A DNA stretch of 64,000 nt from Mayamaea pseudoterrestris (lineage: Eukaryota), in the NCBI GenBank assembly GCA_027923505.1, contig BROI01000003.1:806001-870000 (forward strand), read 5' to 3'. Of this stretch, positions 45,401 to 59,334 are shown one piece after another; the stretch's first letter is position 1; every line of letters begins with the position of its first letter. Below the pieces are notes generated by a model. It saw nothing but the letters and a program-made list of their open reading frames with translations, did no database searches and was not told the DNA's origin. The position numbers were made by a program, and so were the translations under genes.

Positions 45401-48400
45401 AGCAAATATACGCGGCCCTCTGTTCGCCAGCTTATCTTTAATTAAAGCCGCTGACCTCGGGATGGCTTCATAAAGATGGACGTAGCAGGTCGTGGACTGT
45501 CGGGAACCGATGCTCTTAATTTTGAAATTTGCCGCAACGCGGTTCAAGTCAAGGTGTATCGCAAGGCTTGGGTCAATTTGTCGAAACAAAGAGTCTTCAT
45601 GGAAGTCAGGATAGCGGTATGTAAACAGCGCAGGAAAGCTATGAGAATTGTCCTCTGGATCTTGCTCAAAAACGAAGCTCAGCCGTCTGATGTCCGCTCG
45701 CAGTAGATGCGGTTGGTAAGGTTCCAAAACATCTTCACAGCGCTGTGCTAAAACCTCATGCGACTCCTCATCGGTCCCGACAATTTCGCCCAAAACGATC
45801 AAGTATAGCACATTAACTGGCGCATCTTCGTTGACCGGAGCAGCGCCAGAGAACTGAGGAAACCTAGATAGAATGGATTCGAATTTCAACGCATCAGCGA
45901 CGTCATCAAGTGAATTAATGATAGCTTCAATGCCAACCCGAATAGCTGAAGGCGGAATCCGTTCATTGTTCTGAGCCGTGAGCAGACTGCTTGATCCGTC
46001 ACCAACCGAATCCGAGTCATCAGAGAGCTTGGTTAGCGACCCCGAGCTTACCATTCGGGTAAGATCCGTCATACTGGTGACAGAGGTTGACGCGCTGACG
46101 AGGCTTTCCGATGCTTTGTTTAGAAACGAGAACTTTATTATTCCCTCGTCTGGTGATTTCTCGAGAGACTTTATGGTGTACGGTCTATAAAGATGTTTGA
46201 CATGAAGCTCGAGCAATCCAATTCTTTCCGATTCTGAGTTAACGGTGCGGAGAAGCGGCAAGAATACGTCTACCATCGGTATGTGATCAGCGAGAAGCTC
46301 TTCAAACTCTCTGACAGGCTTAGTAGAATTTGAAAGGGCCTGCACGGCCGCCATAACTTTCAATGTGCGTTGCTCCAAGCTCGGCATGCTTTCCTGCATA
46401 AGTAGTTTTCTCGCCTTTAGAGCTACCTCTGCGTATTTGTCGCTGCTCCCCATTGAACCAATTTCGGAGATAGCAGGCAAAGCCGCCGCTAGACCATCGG
46501 CACCAGCAACGACTGAGAGTCGTTTACCGATAGCCGAGTGGTTTGTTTCAAAGTTAATTCGTGACCCATCTGCTATCGCAGATATGATTCGAATTATAAC
46601 ATCTGTTGTCATTGGCAGCTGCTCGTGGGCGCGGCAAACCCCAAACACTGCAGCTGGATCGGCTTTGTGCGTCTTGCGCAATGATTCAATAGCGTCTGCA
46701 TATGACCTCCCATCGCAAAAATAGCGCTCGACGGAGATCCACTTTCGAAGAATCGCGATAAAGCTTTGCAGGACACGCTCAGATCCTGGAACGCCGGGTG
46801 CCAAACTTCGAGTATACGGAATCGCTGCCTCTTTCAGGCAAGATATCAAGGCCTCAAATGCAGACTTCTCGGAGGAAAGCTTAATGCCATTAGAGTGGTT
46901 TGTAAGCAATGCCAATATTTCAAGTGCAGGAAATCTGTTGGTATTCGGGAAGGTGTCAGACAAATGGGTTGGCGATTCAAGCAAGCTACAATCGTCGAGC
47001 CACTAACCGTAATTGAACTCCGGTACCAGCTTGCCTTTCTGCCGTCGAACGAAAGTCGATCAATATGTTCGATATTGCATCCATTAGCGACCCAGGTATG
47101 CGTCCGCTGAGTACGGCCACCTGCTCTTCGACCTCACATAGCGGTAGCGTAGGATCAACCACTGCTCGCGCAATGTTCGACAGAGCAGAATCAATTTCGT
47201 CGCAATTGAGTATAAAACCGGATATGGCTGCATTCAGTTTCTCAAGAGAGGCCCGCAGCAACAGATGCGGTCGATCAATTGTGGATTCGACAGACGCTGC
47301 CCGACCATCAAGAGTCAAATCGCCATTGAATACGGATACCTGCGCAACGTTTTCGGGGTTATCGAGTTCAAGAGTACCCAATAGATCCCCTGCCGAAAGT
47401 GATGCGCCTTCGTTAACTTCCCACGTCAGTACGCCCGATTCTTCTACCTTAAGCGGCATAAACATCTTCATTACTTCAATTTCGGCGTACGCCTCGCCCT
47501 TCTTCACTCGAGATCCATCTCCTTTCAGCTTCTTGACCAATTTTCCAGCCACGTCTGTCCGCAGCGTTGATGGATCATAGTCAGGTGAAAATGCCACGTT
47601 CGTTCCACCGACACTGATTCGCATGCCGGTACCGGCATCACCTCGGGTCGTGAGATAACCCACATGGCTGGCGCCACCAAGCTCAATGAGATAACCACCA
47701 TCGCTAAGTAGACGGACGTTGACTCCAATTGTTTTTGTTCGATCGTTTGCAAGAGAAATGGAGAGACTATTGGCTCCGTTACGAGTGCAAACCAGCACAT
47801 ACTTCACTCCATTTAGTATGAGCTCCACTTCATGCTCCAATTTCAGCAATGAGCGCGCTGGCAGCTGCCCTTTTTCAAGTAGCTCCAAGAAAGTCTTCTC
47901 ATTCTTAATGCATCTCTCATAAGCCAGAATTGTCGCTCCCGTGACAACGTAAATATGGCTGTGCAACGTATTGATCTTGACGGAAGACTCGCTCCGCGTC
48001 AAAAAATTCTCTGACGCTTCAGTGACATTCACATTCTGGCTGATTAATTTATCCAACCAGCCGGTGTCGATATTGTTAGCAACAAAATCTTCCAACTCAA
48101 TGAGTTTGGAAATATAATCAACCGTCGTACTGATGTCGCCACGAATCGACAATTCCTTCAGACCCAAAACCATATTTCGTCTTGCCTGTTCACGATCCGC
48201 CCCGCTGGCAAATAAATGGCCAAACTGCGAATCAGCAAATTCATGCACAGAGCCTGAAGAGTCCATACTGAAGTAACCCCACACGTTGGGTGTCGACCGA
48301 AAATTCAACTCTTGCAAGCACCCACTAGTCGGTTTGAATCCAGCTTCGGCATTTTCGGCAGTTATGCGCACAGCAATGCAGTGGCCATTCGGAGGCACTC

Positions 48401-49806
48401 GCGGCGTTTTCTCGAAGTCAATCTTAGCGCTAGACAAGTTCAACTCATCCTCAAATCGATTTTTACCATATAGCTCACGAATTTCCGGAATGTTGTGCAA
48501 GGGTATACCCATGGCGACTTGCAGCTGAGCAGCAGGTAGATTGACGCGTGTGATCATTTCAGTGACAGGATGCTCAACTTGCAAGCGCGGGTTTAGCTCA
48601 AGAAAAAAGAATTTCGAATCAGGCTCCGAGTACAAGTACTCGACGGTTCCAGCGTTTGTATATTGTACTGCTTTAGCAAGGGCGACGGCTGCCTTCTCCA
48701 TTTCACTCCATACCTCTGCTTTGGCGGCAATCGGCGGTCCTTCCTCTATAATTTTTTGGTGCCGTCGTTGTACGGAGCAATCACGCCCATTCAAAGCAAC
48801 AGCTTCTCCATATTCGTCCGCCAATAGCTGCACCTCCAAATGCCGCGAGTTGGATGAAAGCTTCATGATAAAAATGGGACTCCCGGGAACTTCTCCACAG
48901 ACTTGTCGAAAAGCATTGGCAACGTCTTCTTCCTTTTGTACCATTCGGATTCCCTTGCCTCCGCCGCCCTCGGATGCCTTGATCATGACTGGGAAACCAA
49001 TTTTAGCGGCTGCTACTTCTGCGTCGGATGCTGTCGCAATGGAAGCGTCCTCGAGTGCCTGATCAGGCAACTTTCCAGATGCCCTATCATAATCTGCCAT
49101 TACATGTTCACCATTCCATCGTATGCATGGTACACCCGCTGTCTGAGCAATGATGGTACTTCCAATCTTGTCTCCAAGAGCTCGCATTGCGGCTCCAGCT
49201 GGTCCAATGAATTTAATGTACGGTTTACTCTTAGCCAGTGTATCGGGAAGGGCTGGATTCTCGCTCGCATGTCCCCAACCTGCCCATACTGCATGAACGC
49301 CATGCAGTCGCGCCAGCTCTACAATGAGTGTCACGTTGGCGTAGTTGTGATTGTTGGATCCTCCAGGAACGTCGACAATGACATCGGCCATGCGAATGTA
49401 CTCGGCGTTGGCTCTGACATATAAATGATAAGAAACATTTAGCAGAACGTCAACTTCATTCATTTACTGCTCGTGTATAAGACTTGGCCTCGGTTTGGCT
49501 CAAAACATACCTCATATCCTCCGGAGTAGCCATAACGACAAAGGAAATGGCACGATCATTGCCAAACAAATCGTATGCCCACTTTCGAATGGATCGAATC
49601 GCCTTGACGGCAGCTACTCCATTATTGGCAATCAAAATTTTGGTAATGACTTGCTTCTTCGATCCTCCAAGCTCCGAGACAAAGGCTTCGACGGAAGGAA
49701 ATCTGCGATGAAAATTCTGTGAAACGATTCGTTCCATCCGAGGATGATGTTGCTGTTTCACAGAGTCGCTGTATGGAGTATTTTCATCCATGAGTACTTC
49801 TGCCAT
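42419..49806 (-). CDS. ACC: Homomeric acetyl-CoA carboxylase, probably cytosolic (~2354 aa); exons 49806-49511, 49413-47008, 46934-44603, 44530-44079, 43997-42419
   Basis: BC domain [32 protein letters not shown]; biotinyl site EVMKM; CT domain [21 protein letters not shown]. Four GT-AG introns give 7065 nt in frame. No signal or plastid-targeting presequence is evident. Confidence 0.97.
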
Positions 49807-50298
49807 GCTACTTTCTGTTATTTAATATAAAGAATACATTAATCAGTCAATACATGCGCTTGATGGACAGTAGCTTGTAAACTACCATAGCATATCGCGA
49901 CGCTTCAATGACGTACACTTGGAAACGGATCCGATACGCTACACAGAATTTGCCTGTACTGCTCCAGCGCTTTTTTCAGTAGGCAGCCAAGCACTCGAAT
50001 ATGCGAATGTCTGTATGTTAGACTCTTAAGGACCAAAAGTCTCCTCACCCAGTCTCGACTCGCTCCTTTGCGATGGTGGCAGGTTGTCGCTCATTTTTTG
50101 GTGCGTTGCACCCGACCCGGAGGTGTGACGATGAGCAAGGGAAAGTGAGCCATCACCATCAATGAGAAAAGGCAGCTTCCTACTGTAGCTAATTCGACCG
50201 ATTTATATTTAACTTTACTCAATTAGTAATGGTAGAGTCTTGGCATATATAGTTGTATCATTCTGAAGACAAAGCCTTTGAATCAGAGCTTTTACACG

Positions 50299-51455
50299 CT
50301 ACGACAATCTTGCACTGCTCTGCAGCGCAATGTCCACAGCTTGAGCAACTAGCCCATTGCGATAAAAGACTTCTGCCGGTGGTGAATCAGCTGCAGCATG
50401 ATGGCGAGGAAGCGAGTCGAGGATAGCAGCATTTCCGTCGGCGAGGCTCGGTTCCTCAGCGGGTTGCTGGCGTTTGGCTTCCTTAGCTAGCTGCCTCTGA
50501 CGTTTGCGATGCTGTCGGTAAACCCGATCTTTTCGATTAATGTCTCTCATGGCTTGACATGCCTTTTGAATGGCATCCTCGTCCAAAACCTCTTCCCACT
50601 TATCGGTCAACGCTGTCGGATCCGCGATCTTGGACAGAAAGCGTCCTGGAGGATCCAGTTCTCGAATTTTTTGCAGAATTTCAACGGCCAAGGTTCGTTT
50701 CTCTGTATAGCTTCCAGTGTCAAACAAATTCTTGCGTTCCAAAGCCAACTGACGAAGGCTGTAAAGGCGATACGGTGTGAGAATATATTTAAATCAAATT
50801 ATCAAAGTGCACGACAGACTCACCGCTCATTACCAAGATGCGCATTGATAAAAGCTCCTCTTCCAAGAAGGACGTCATGAAGATGAACTCCTTCTAACAC
50901 CTCAATAATAGGTTCCATTGCTACGCCAGAAGCTGGAGGGTGGACATTCAGACCGTCAATAGCAGAAGGAAGACGTCTCTTCTTCGCATTCTTGTCGCGT
51001 TCCTCTCGATCAGGCCGTCGATAATCACGCATGACTTGCTGCGCCTTGGACTGAGCTGCTTCAATGTCCATTTCAACCCACGGTCCAGCATTGCCTTGAC
51101 GCTTCAAGAACCTCGCATGTGACGTTTCCTTGGTTTGTCGCACAATATCCAGGGCTATTCGCCGCTTGGCGACTGGATTCCCGGCCTCAAATTCAGCCTT
51201 GCGAGTAAAACAGAGAGATCGGAATCGTATATTGCCGAGATTCGCGTTGATAAAGGCGCCACGGCCACTAAGCACGTCGTTCTCTGTGAATATTAAAATG
51301 CTGGTAGCATTATCATCATCAAAATATGGCATCGGCGCATCGTCGTCGTCAACGGCCGGCGCTGCTTGCGTAACTGCTGCATCATCTGCGCGGTTGATAA
51401 GCTGAGGATGAGCGTAAGCGTCCAGTAAATCCTGTACCGGTGACGATTGACTCAT
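50299..51455 (-). CDS. Protein with two tandem DUF6824 domains; exons 51455-50824, 50758-50299
   Basis: DVLSGRGAFINANLGNIRFR..RFLK..W..KAQQVMRD and DVLLGRGAFINAHLGNERLR..PPGRFL..W..KACQAMRD; intron 50759-50823. Confidence 0.87.
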
Positions 51456-51781
51456 AGTAGTATGCCGCTCGTCAATTGAAACAGCAGCGTCGTCAAGTTG
51501 ATCATGCCGCGACGACTATGAGCGCCTTCATTCACATGCGCTGGATGAAGCTGCGACTACCGTTAAGGTCGCTACGGTACTCGATGCTACTACAACGAGG
51601 TGCAGTAAGTGCTTGTGCGTTAACTACAATCAAGCTTGTTTCATTAACCTTCTATGAATTGTTACTCGCAGCCATGAATGTGGAAGCACCTTGTGACCAC
51701 CATTTGGATGCGAAATAGAGGAGGATGATTAAAGAATCCAAAAGTCACATTACACAATCTTTACAATTAACTTCATTTATT

Positions 51782-52934
51782 CTATCTCCTCTTCTTGGTT
51801 GACTTTCCAACAAAATCATTGACATCCTGTAACGATGTTAGCAGCTTGTGCGTTGATTGGATCAGTTTGTCAACCTCCTCCGGACTTGCCTGGCCCGAGC
51901 CTGCAAATCGTACGCGGCCTAATCCATCGAGCAAGAAGACATAGCCCGGCAAAAGGTTGTGCATCCGAAGTGGATCTCGAAAAGCAATTGAGTCATTTGA
52001 AAAGTGAAGCAAGGTCCGATCATAATCGTGCGGGTCTGTGTTAGCCTTGACGCTGGCTTGCACCGCCAATCGCAAGATGTATTTGGTAAACCAGCCTTCC
52101 GAAACTATGAGCTTGTATGTTTCGACGCGATTGTTTCCTTCAAACTCTTTAATAAAAGGTTCTGTCCATGATGGTAGGTGCTTGAAACCAAAATCTCGAA
52201 ATGAAACAGCCAGTAGTGTGGATTGTGCATGAGGGTCGTTTGATTTGTTGCGACGCAGTAGGACATCCGGCAACGACACGTTGTCCCCCGACAAGGTTTT
52301 GACATTTTCCAATAACGGAAACACCTTAGCTTGCTTTTCAGGTATTATCGTCGTCTGCAGCGGTTTCTCATTGGTCTTTTTAAGATCTTTGAGCATCCAA
52401 AAGTACTAAATGACGAGAGCGACATGTGAGTATGATGGTTTGTGACGTTTGTTGTCAGGATTATTTGACGACTCGAGACTGAAACACCCCAGTCTATGAA
52501 CTTACACCGTACACTAACTCCGTATACCTTTTCTATGAAAAAAGAGGAGTTGAACGCAAGTTAATCGAGGCGTAATACATGGTGCTGCAAAAAACTTGAA
52601 ATAGACCTGCGCGGCGACACTATCTACGCACCTTCAAGGCACCATTGCGAGTCTTCTTCATAATAACATTACCCGGTAATATTTCGTTGGCAATCGATTC
52701 CGGATGAACCAGAATGCCTCCATGACGACTGGATTGTGATTCGTCGTGGTCGCCGGCAGATGGAGAAGTCGATGATGAGCTGACAGTGAATGAACGCGCT
52801 GGAAGACGTGCTAATACCACTTTCCTACTAGTACACTCGGCATACTGGCTGAGTGTTGTACATTTTACGATGAAGTGGTGGTTTAGGCATGAAGTGGTCC
52901 ATATTTGACGCAGGATGGATGAACGAAGCGCCAT
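51782..52934 (-). CDS. ATP10: Mitochondrial ATP synthase assembly factor ATP10-like; exons 52934-52632, 52532-52506, 52405-51782
   Basis: R/S-rich presequence; C-terminal GYVFLLDGLGRVRFAGSGQASPEE; a 27-nt micro-exon joins the frames. Confidence 0.82.
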
Positions 52935-53257
52935 GGTCGATTATTTGACGGTCGTGAAGAATTTCTTCCATTCCAGTACCGCTACGATGAGCATAGTGAC
53001 GGAGCTACGGTATCTGCCGCGCCGTCGCGGCGACTACTTTTTGCCATAGTTGCTTTGGATCTGATTGTTTGTTACTTCGCGCATGGTATAAACAGCTTGC
53101 ACCCTGCCACATTTGAGTGCCTTTATAGGAAGCGCCACTGCTAATAAACGCCGGTTCGCGTCTGGTGAGCGCCAAAGTTTAGTCAAATTCAATGCCAATT
53201 TCATTGTTTGTCATCACAGACGACATTTACAGTTTGTGGTTGTATATCTAACAACGG

Positions 53258-56200
53258 CTAGTTACGCCACCGACTATTTCCCTCTGATGACGGAGGTCCA
53301 GGCGCACGGTCACGGGTTTTGCTATCATATCGACCTCCTCCGGGGTAGGACGAACCGCCGGTTCCGGCGTTGCCAGATCGACTACTGCTGCCAACTCCGC
53401 CAATAATGCCTGCTCCAACTCGGTCACCGCCTCCGCCAGCATCGCCACCACGTTTTGATGGTGGAACATATTTAGTAGGACCTTTCTCAAGCTCCTTTCT
53501 GCGCCGTTCATCATCCATGCGTTGCAACTCCTTTTCGCGTGCAGCTTCCTCCTTTACTTCCTTCTCGCGCCTCGCGTCCTCGCGGGCCTGTCGCTCCGCT
53601 TCAAGACGAGCCTCCTCCTCTTCGCGTAAACGTCGTTCTTCGTCTTCCACTATTCTCCTTGCTTCGTCGGCTTTGCGCTCCTTGGCGCGTTCTAGTTTAC
53701 CACGCTCTGCGTCTAGCTCAGCTCGTTCCTCGGCCACCCTACAGGCTGCTTCATGCTGCGCCTTGCGACCAACCATAACCTGCTCATGGAACTCGGCAAT
53801 ATACTGAAACGCGCCAAATGTATCAAGAAGCTGCTTTTCCTTGACATCTGACTCCCATTTAGAAGTGGCTTTCTTGATCTTTTCAATGTTGTCTTGCTCA
53901 TACTGTGTTCGTTCGCGTGCAACGCGCTCTTCGTATTTTTTCTTAATCAAAGGCAACTCCTCAATACGAATCGCTCGGACCAAATAATCCAACTTCTTGG
54001 CCGTCTCTTTCTGTTTGCGTTCCGCGTCTTCCTTCTTTTTACGAAGCTTCTCCTCGTGCTCTCGCTGGAGCGCGTCGGCATCGATCGCATCAAGTTTTTC
54101 GGCCGTGATTTCCTCCGCCTTTTTGCCCATGGTTGCGCGCAAAAAACGCAACTTTTCTTTGTGCTCCAACTCCTGCTGAATCTTCTTTTGCTTCTCAACT
54201 TCGCGCAAACGCTGCTCTCGCTGCATGCGTAAATCATCCTCTGCACGACGAGCAGCTTCCTCCTCAGCCTTTCTACGAGCTTCCTCGCGAGTTTTTTCCT
54301 GGGCAATGCGCTCTGCTTCTTCCTTACGATCCTCCACCAACTTTTTACGCTCTAAAATGGCCGTATTCTCTGACTGCAGGTTGGCGCGAACATGTTCATA
54401 CAATTTGCTGCGGCGAGTGGCAACAAGGTTGCTATCGGCGGGGGCGAGGACTTGGTTGACAGCTTCCAACTGCTTGGCCAAGGTGGTCAACTGGGAGCGC
54501 ATCGCATGCGACTCCAAGTCTGTGTTGCCGAATCGAAGACACCCAGCACGATGATCAATGCGGACGCTCAAGGCCTTGGTCTGTGTCAATAACACAATAG
54601 CCTTTTCCACTTGCTCAAAAGTCATGTCAAGTCCGGAGGTGAGCTTCTTCAAGTGATCAATCGACACCGTATGATAGGCCGAAGAAAGACTTATGACAAG
54701 CTTGAGAAGCAAAACCTTGGTGAGCGGCTTGACGTAGCGACCCAACGAAACAATGCCAATGTCGTCCATTCCCTCCTCTCCAACGCGGGCTTTCAGTTGC
54801 TCCAAGAAAGGTCGCGTCTTTTCTACCATGATCAAAGGATCCGCATTACTCTCCAAAACATCGTATAAGTCGCGAAAGTATTGTGGAACCTCATCCAAAA
54901 TGTTTTTGGCTTTAATTTCCTGCAGCAAAGCTTCACGCGTTGGATTGCGCGTTTGAAATCCCAGCAAGGTGGCCATGCGTGCCATCTTTTGCTTAACAAT
55001 GTCATCCTCAGCCGTGGAAGCAATTCCGTGTTCCTTGTTTCCTTTAGCGCTCGCTTGTGTTTGTGGAATGCAAAGGGCCGCCAAGAGAACGGCCGATGCC
55101 TGCATTTCCTTCATTTCGGGTGTCATTCCGCGATTGTACTCGCGCGACAAGCCGTAAAATTTGAAGGCTGCAAATGCATGAAACAAGTAGTTTTCCGAGA
55201 CCCAAAAAAGTGTCGTTAGCTTTTCGTAGTAGTTTGCCATAAGCTTGGCCTTTGGAGGCTTCTTGCGCGCTTGTGAGATTTGTAGGATATTGTAAATATC
55301 TTCCACTGTGCGAAAGCCTTCCTGGTAGCGATGCAAGTCACTGGCTGTTTCAAGTTGAGCAAATCGCGTCTGTAAATGAAGCTCAATGGATTCTGTAGAC
55401 CATCCTTCCCATCCGCGGACCTGCAAAACGATGGTGAATGAACGACAAAGTGAGAGACGCGATTCAATCGTTTGAATAACCGCACCTTGAGAACGACATG
55501 ACTTCCACCTTTTCTCAGACTCTTTCATACATTCATTGAGTTTCTTACCTTACTGTTGGCTTTGAAGTCGTCTGCCGTTGCATCTCCGATTCCATACTGC
55601 CTCAAGTTGCCTAAATGGGATCGCAGCATTTCGCAAAGGTGTCTAAACTCGACGCGTCGCTTGTAATTGCGGCAAAACTGTAACGCATTCTGGGCCGCCT
55701 TGTGGTAAACATGCTCTAGCTTTGAGTTAGATCTGAGAATGTCCAAGACGGTGCGATAAATCTCCCAAAGAAACTTGAGCGCCGGCATGAGCAGTGTTGA
55801 ATCTCGCTGACTCTTGGCTGGGTCCGTCGACATGGTTGTCATGAGAATGGATTGCGGCGAAACTCCAAACTCGTCATCTTCCGGCGAGTCTGAGGCGAGT
55901 GAAGTTTCATGCGCTAAAGACTCTGCATCAACTAGTTGCTTGGCCGCTTGGCATTGTAGTTCAGCTTGCTCCAGCAAATGCAGCATGACCTTTTCCAACG
56001 AGCCTGGCGCTTGCGTTTGCGAAAGATTGCGATACTGATGCAAACCATCCTTGGCTTCTCGACTCTTGTGAAGCTTCAGGCACAGATTAACATATTTCAT
56101 CATGATTCCTTCATAGGCCGGACTCCAAGTACGATGGCGGCGCGAGGAAAGTACTTCATGGAGCAATGCAAGGGCGGCATCATCCTGCTGAATATGCTCG

Positions 56201-56265
56201 AGTTCAATGGCGCGTCGGAGAGCCAGCTCGGGCTTGTGAAAAAAGGGATTTGATCCTCCAGACAT
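53258..56265 (-). CDS. EIF3A: Translation initiation factor 3 subunit A; exons 56265-55549, 55420-53258
   Basis: KPELALRRAIEL, KDGLHQYRN, LWEIYRTVLDILRSNSKLE, NYLFHA, PCI region and long coiled coil; intron 55421-55548. Confidence 0.96.
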
Positions 56266-56532
56266 GATATATACTCGAATATTCCTGTTTCAATTGCAAA
56301 AGGTCAGCACAGCAATACAGAATCGGAACCAGCAATCAGCAGCAGCAGACGGTCGGCAAGTCGAATAATGGGCAGTGAGAAACGCACCATTGAGCGGCCG
56401 CGACAAATGGCCCATGTCCTGATTGTAAACCGCTGCGACGTTCTGTGCAGCTTGGTCACAATTTTGCCAGCATCTTACAGTTAATACGGGATCTGAATCC
56501 ACTTACTGTTAGTAGAGCGTAATATCATTACA

Positions 56533-56922
56533 ATGGCGACCGAAGCAGAAGCTAAAACGAATGAGGCATTGGAAAAAGAAATAGCGAAACTTGAAGCCGA
56601 AACAGGCAAAAAGTTCAAGGTCAAGGAGAAGCTGCCTTCTGTGAACGAATTGATTCTGCAGAATGCCATGAAGCAAAAGACTTTTGCTGAGGCGGCTAAG
56701 TTTCCGGTCATTGTATTTACTTTGTTTATTGTACTGTTGCATTTGTTTCTCAAGTATATGCCGCCGTCGCAGAAGAAATTCATGCTACCTCAAGTTCGGC
56801 AGCAACAGCAACGACAGGCTGCTGCTGCTCAGCAAGTGACGAATCAGGCAATGCACGCGGAAAATAAGTACGTTGCCGAACCCATCGACGGCGAAGAGCA
56901 GCAAGTGCCGCAGGAACTGTGA
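56533..56922 (+). CDS. Small single-pass membrane protein, unknown function
   Basis: 129-aa ATG ORF with one hydrophobic helix (FPVIVFTLFIVLLHLFL). Confidence 0.7.
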   Translation: MATEAEAKTNEALEKEIAKLEAETGKKFKVKEKLPSVNELILQNAMKQKTFAEAAKFPVIVFTLFIVLLHLFLKYMPPSQKKFMLPQVRQQQQRQAAAAQQVTNQAMHAENKYVAEPIDGEEQQVPQEL

Positions 56923-57010
56923 TGGTGGCAACGATTTCAGTTGATTTTGAGCATGGACGCAATGTCCAATTTTGTATACGTTGACTAAATATAGTCTATC
57001 TACCAATACT

Positions 57011-59007
57011 TTACGCGAATTGTCCTTCGCTGTCGTCAATATTGTCGCCAGAGACTTGTAGTGTCAGGCTGTTGCGGTGCAATCCGTCTCCAGCGCTTCC
57101 AGTAGACTGTCGCCGTTGCTTCGTGTAACCCCGAGTTGATGCGACTCGTGCCATGTACAGATAAGTCAATAGCGACCCGACTAAAGCACTCAGTAGGCTC
57201 AGCACAACAACGGCAACATCATCGGAAGGCGTCCGAGTCCAGTCACTCGTTCGTTCTCTTGGGAGTGCAACAAACCCTTTGTCCACCTGACAATTTAGCT
57301 CACGAGTTGCAAACGGTTGAACTTGCGCCACCAATACTTGTGCATCGCAAAGTTGCAAGTCTTCTGAACATCCATCCATCAAGGGCGTCAATATCTTGCC
57401 ATTGTAGAGTAATCGAAAGGCAAAGTCGCTCTTGAATAATATCAAATCGCGGTCCGCCTCCAACTTGTGAATTTCTAGAACCAAGTGGCTCGCATAGGGC
57501 GTCCACTTGCGGTCAAATACACGCGGCCCGAGTGACATGAGCAACGGCATAATGGTTGTGTCATGACCCGAAACAAGTGATAGTTTAATAGTATCTTGCT
57601 TGTTTTCCAAGACCTTGTTGATGCCTTCCATAATCTCGGCCCACAAAAAGCTCATGGACAATTTGGCGTAGGCGGCATCATTGTCCGTTTGTTGTAAAAC
57701 GTAGCCCTTCACATCCCAATCGTATAGCCGCTGAAACAAGTTTTCGCCATAGTCGTCTTCATCATGTAATCGCCGCCGACGATTTTCATCGCCCGACGAC
57801 TCTCGCTTTACACTTGCATCGGCCGACATTGCAACGTCGCTTGTGTAATCATTGACAGCGTCCGGCAGCGTACGATCCGTGCAAATGGTGGTCATGAGAC
57901 AGTCAATGGCGTCCATTTTTTGGTCATGAGGTAGTTGGAGAACGTTGCGCTGAAAGTCAAGCAGCTGTTTGGCCTCCAAGGACGTCATGAAAGACCTGAA
58001 AGATTGCGACGCTCGAAACTCGGTCTCCATTTGTAGCAATCGGGGACAAACCTTATCGTTGGCTCCCAAAATGTCCCGACTACGATCGGCTGTATGAAGC
58101 GGAAGTAACGGATACTCCTGCTTGGCAGCAAAGTAGTTGTCAATCTCTTGTTCAAACATTCCTCGCAGTAAGACTTGACCTGACATCTGCGGGAAAAGGG
58201 TGCGAGTGAGAAGCATTTTTTCTTACTTGTACACAACCTATGTCCTTGCTGCACACGTACAATTGTCCTTTGATCATCATCTGCACGTAACCGGAGCTTA
58301 TCCTTGCTCCAGGGCTGGCTATTGCCTTGAATGCCGTCATCGTCAGTCGTTTCGTCGTTGACTGCAACGTCAATCAGTTGCATTCTCGCATCCGGTTGCG
58401 TCGTGTCATCCTGTTCGTTGCCATTACTACTATCATACACGTACGCCTTTCGAAAGTGCCTGCCATTGGTTATTTGCTGCTCGTAACCTTGAAGTAGCAA
58501 TTGACCCATTTGACAGGTTCCGTTCAAAAGGTTGGTCAAATTGTTCTTTGGATAGACGAGCGAATCGTAATGTTTCTCAAATAGAAACATTGCTCCCGAA
58601 TCTGACGTATCAAAAGACTCTTCTTCTTGCTGCTCCACAACCTTTGGTGATGGCGGAGCCAACCACGTGGTCAGGTCGCAGGACCAGGTTCCAGTATCGG
58701 CATTTGAGTATCCATTCCAGCAGTGCAAGTCACTGGTCCATGGCGTTCTTGCTCCATGCCGAATGACAGCCGTGACATGAGCGAGACGTGATTTTGACCC
58801 ATACTTCTTGCTGTTGTCGAGTGGAGGAATGGATCGCGACTCCATTTGCGATGGTGTCGAGCAGTATGGCGGGTATGCATCGTAACGTTGGTACCATTCC
58901 TCTGGTTTCTTCTCGTGCCATTCGAGTCGATCCGTGTTGGCAGCATTTATTGCCAATGCTATCAAAGCAGAAGCTACAGCATGAAACGAGTTCAAATAAT
59001 GCTTCAT
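57011..59007 (-). CDS. Histidine acid phosphatase (clade 2), signal peptide + C-terminal TM; exons 59007-58261, 58186-57011
   Basis: RHGARTP nucleophile motif, GQL..GYEQQ..NG, GHDTT proton-donor motif; intron 58187-58260. Confidence 0.92.
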
Positions 59008-59334
59008 GGTTGTAGAGCCTTTTGCTCCCGCATCGGATGCATATTTCTTTCAAATCTTGATATGTGATGGTCATCGCTTCGACGGAACTTGTTGACCGCG
59101 AATCTCGCGCGAATCGAAATTTGCGCTAATGAAAAGACGTTTCGCAACTGTGAAAAGCAAAAATTAGTTGCGCTACGACATCCACCAGCTGATGCCGATT
59201 CTCTGCGGCCATGAGAAACTGCTCGAGGTTTGTTTACATTCACAAACCATCAAGGACAGCGCAGCCTTTTCCTCTCGCTGGCTTACACTTACTTATAGAA
59301 ACAGACTGGAACAGAGGAGAGCCGTTTACATTGC

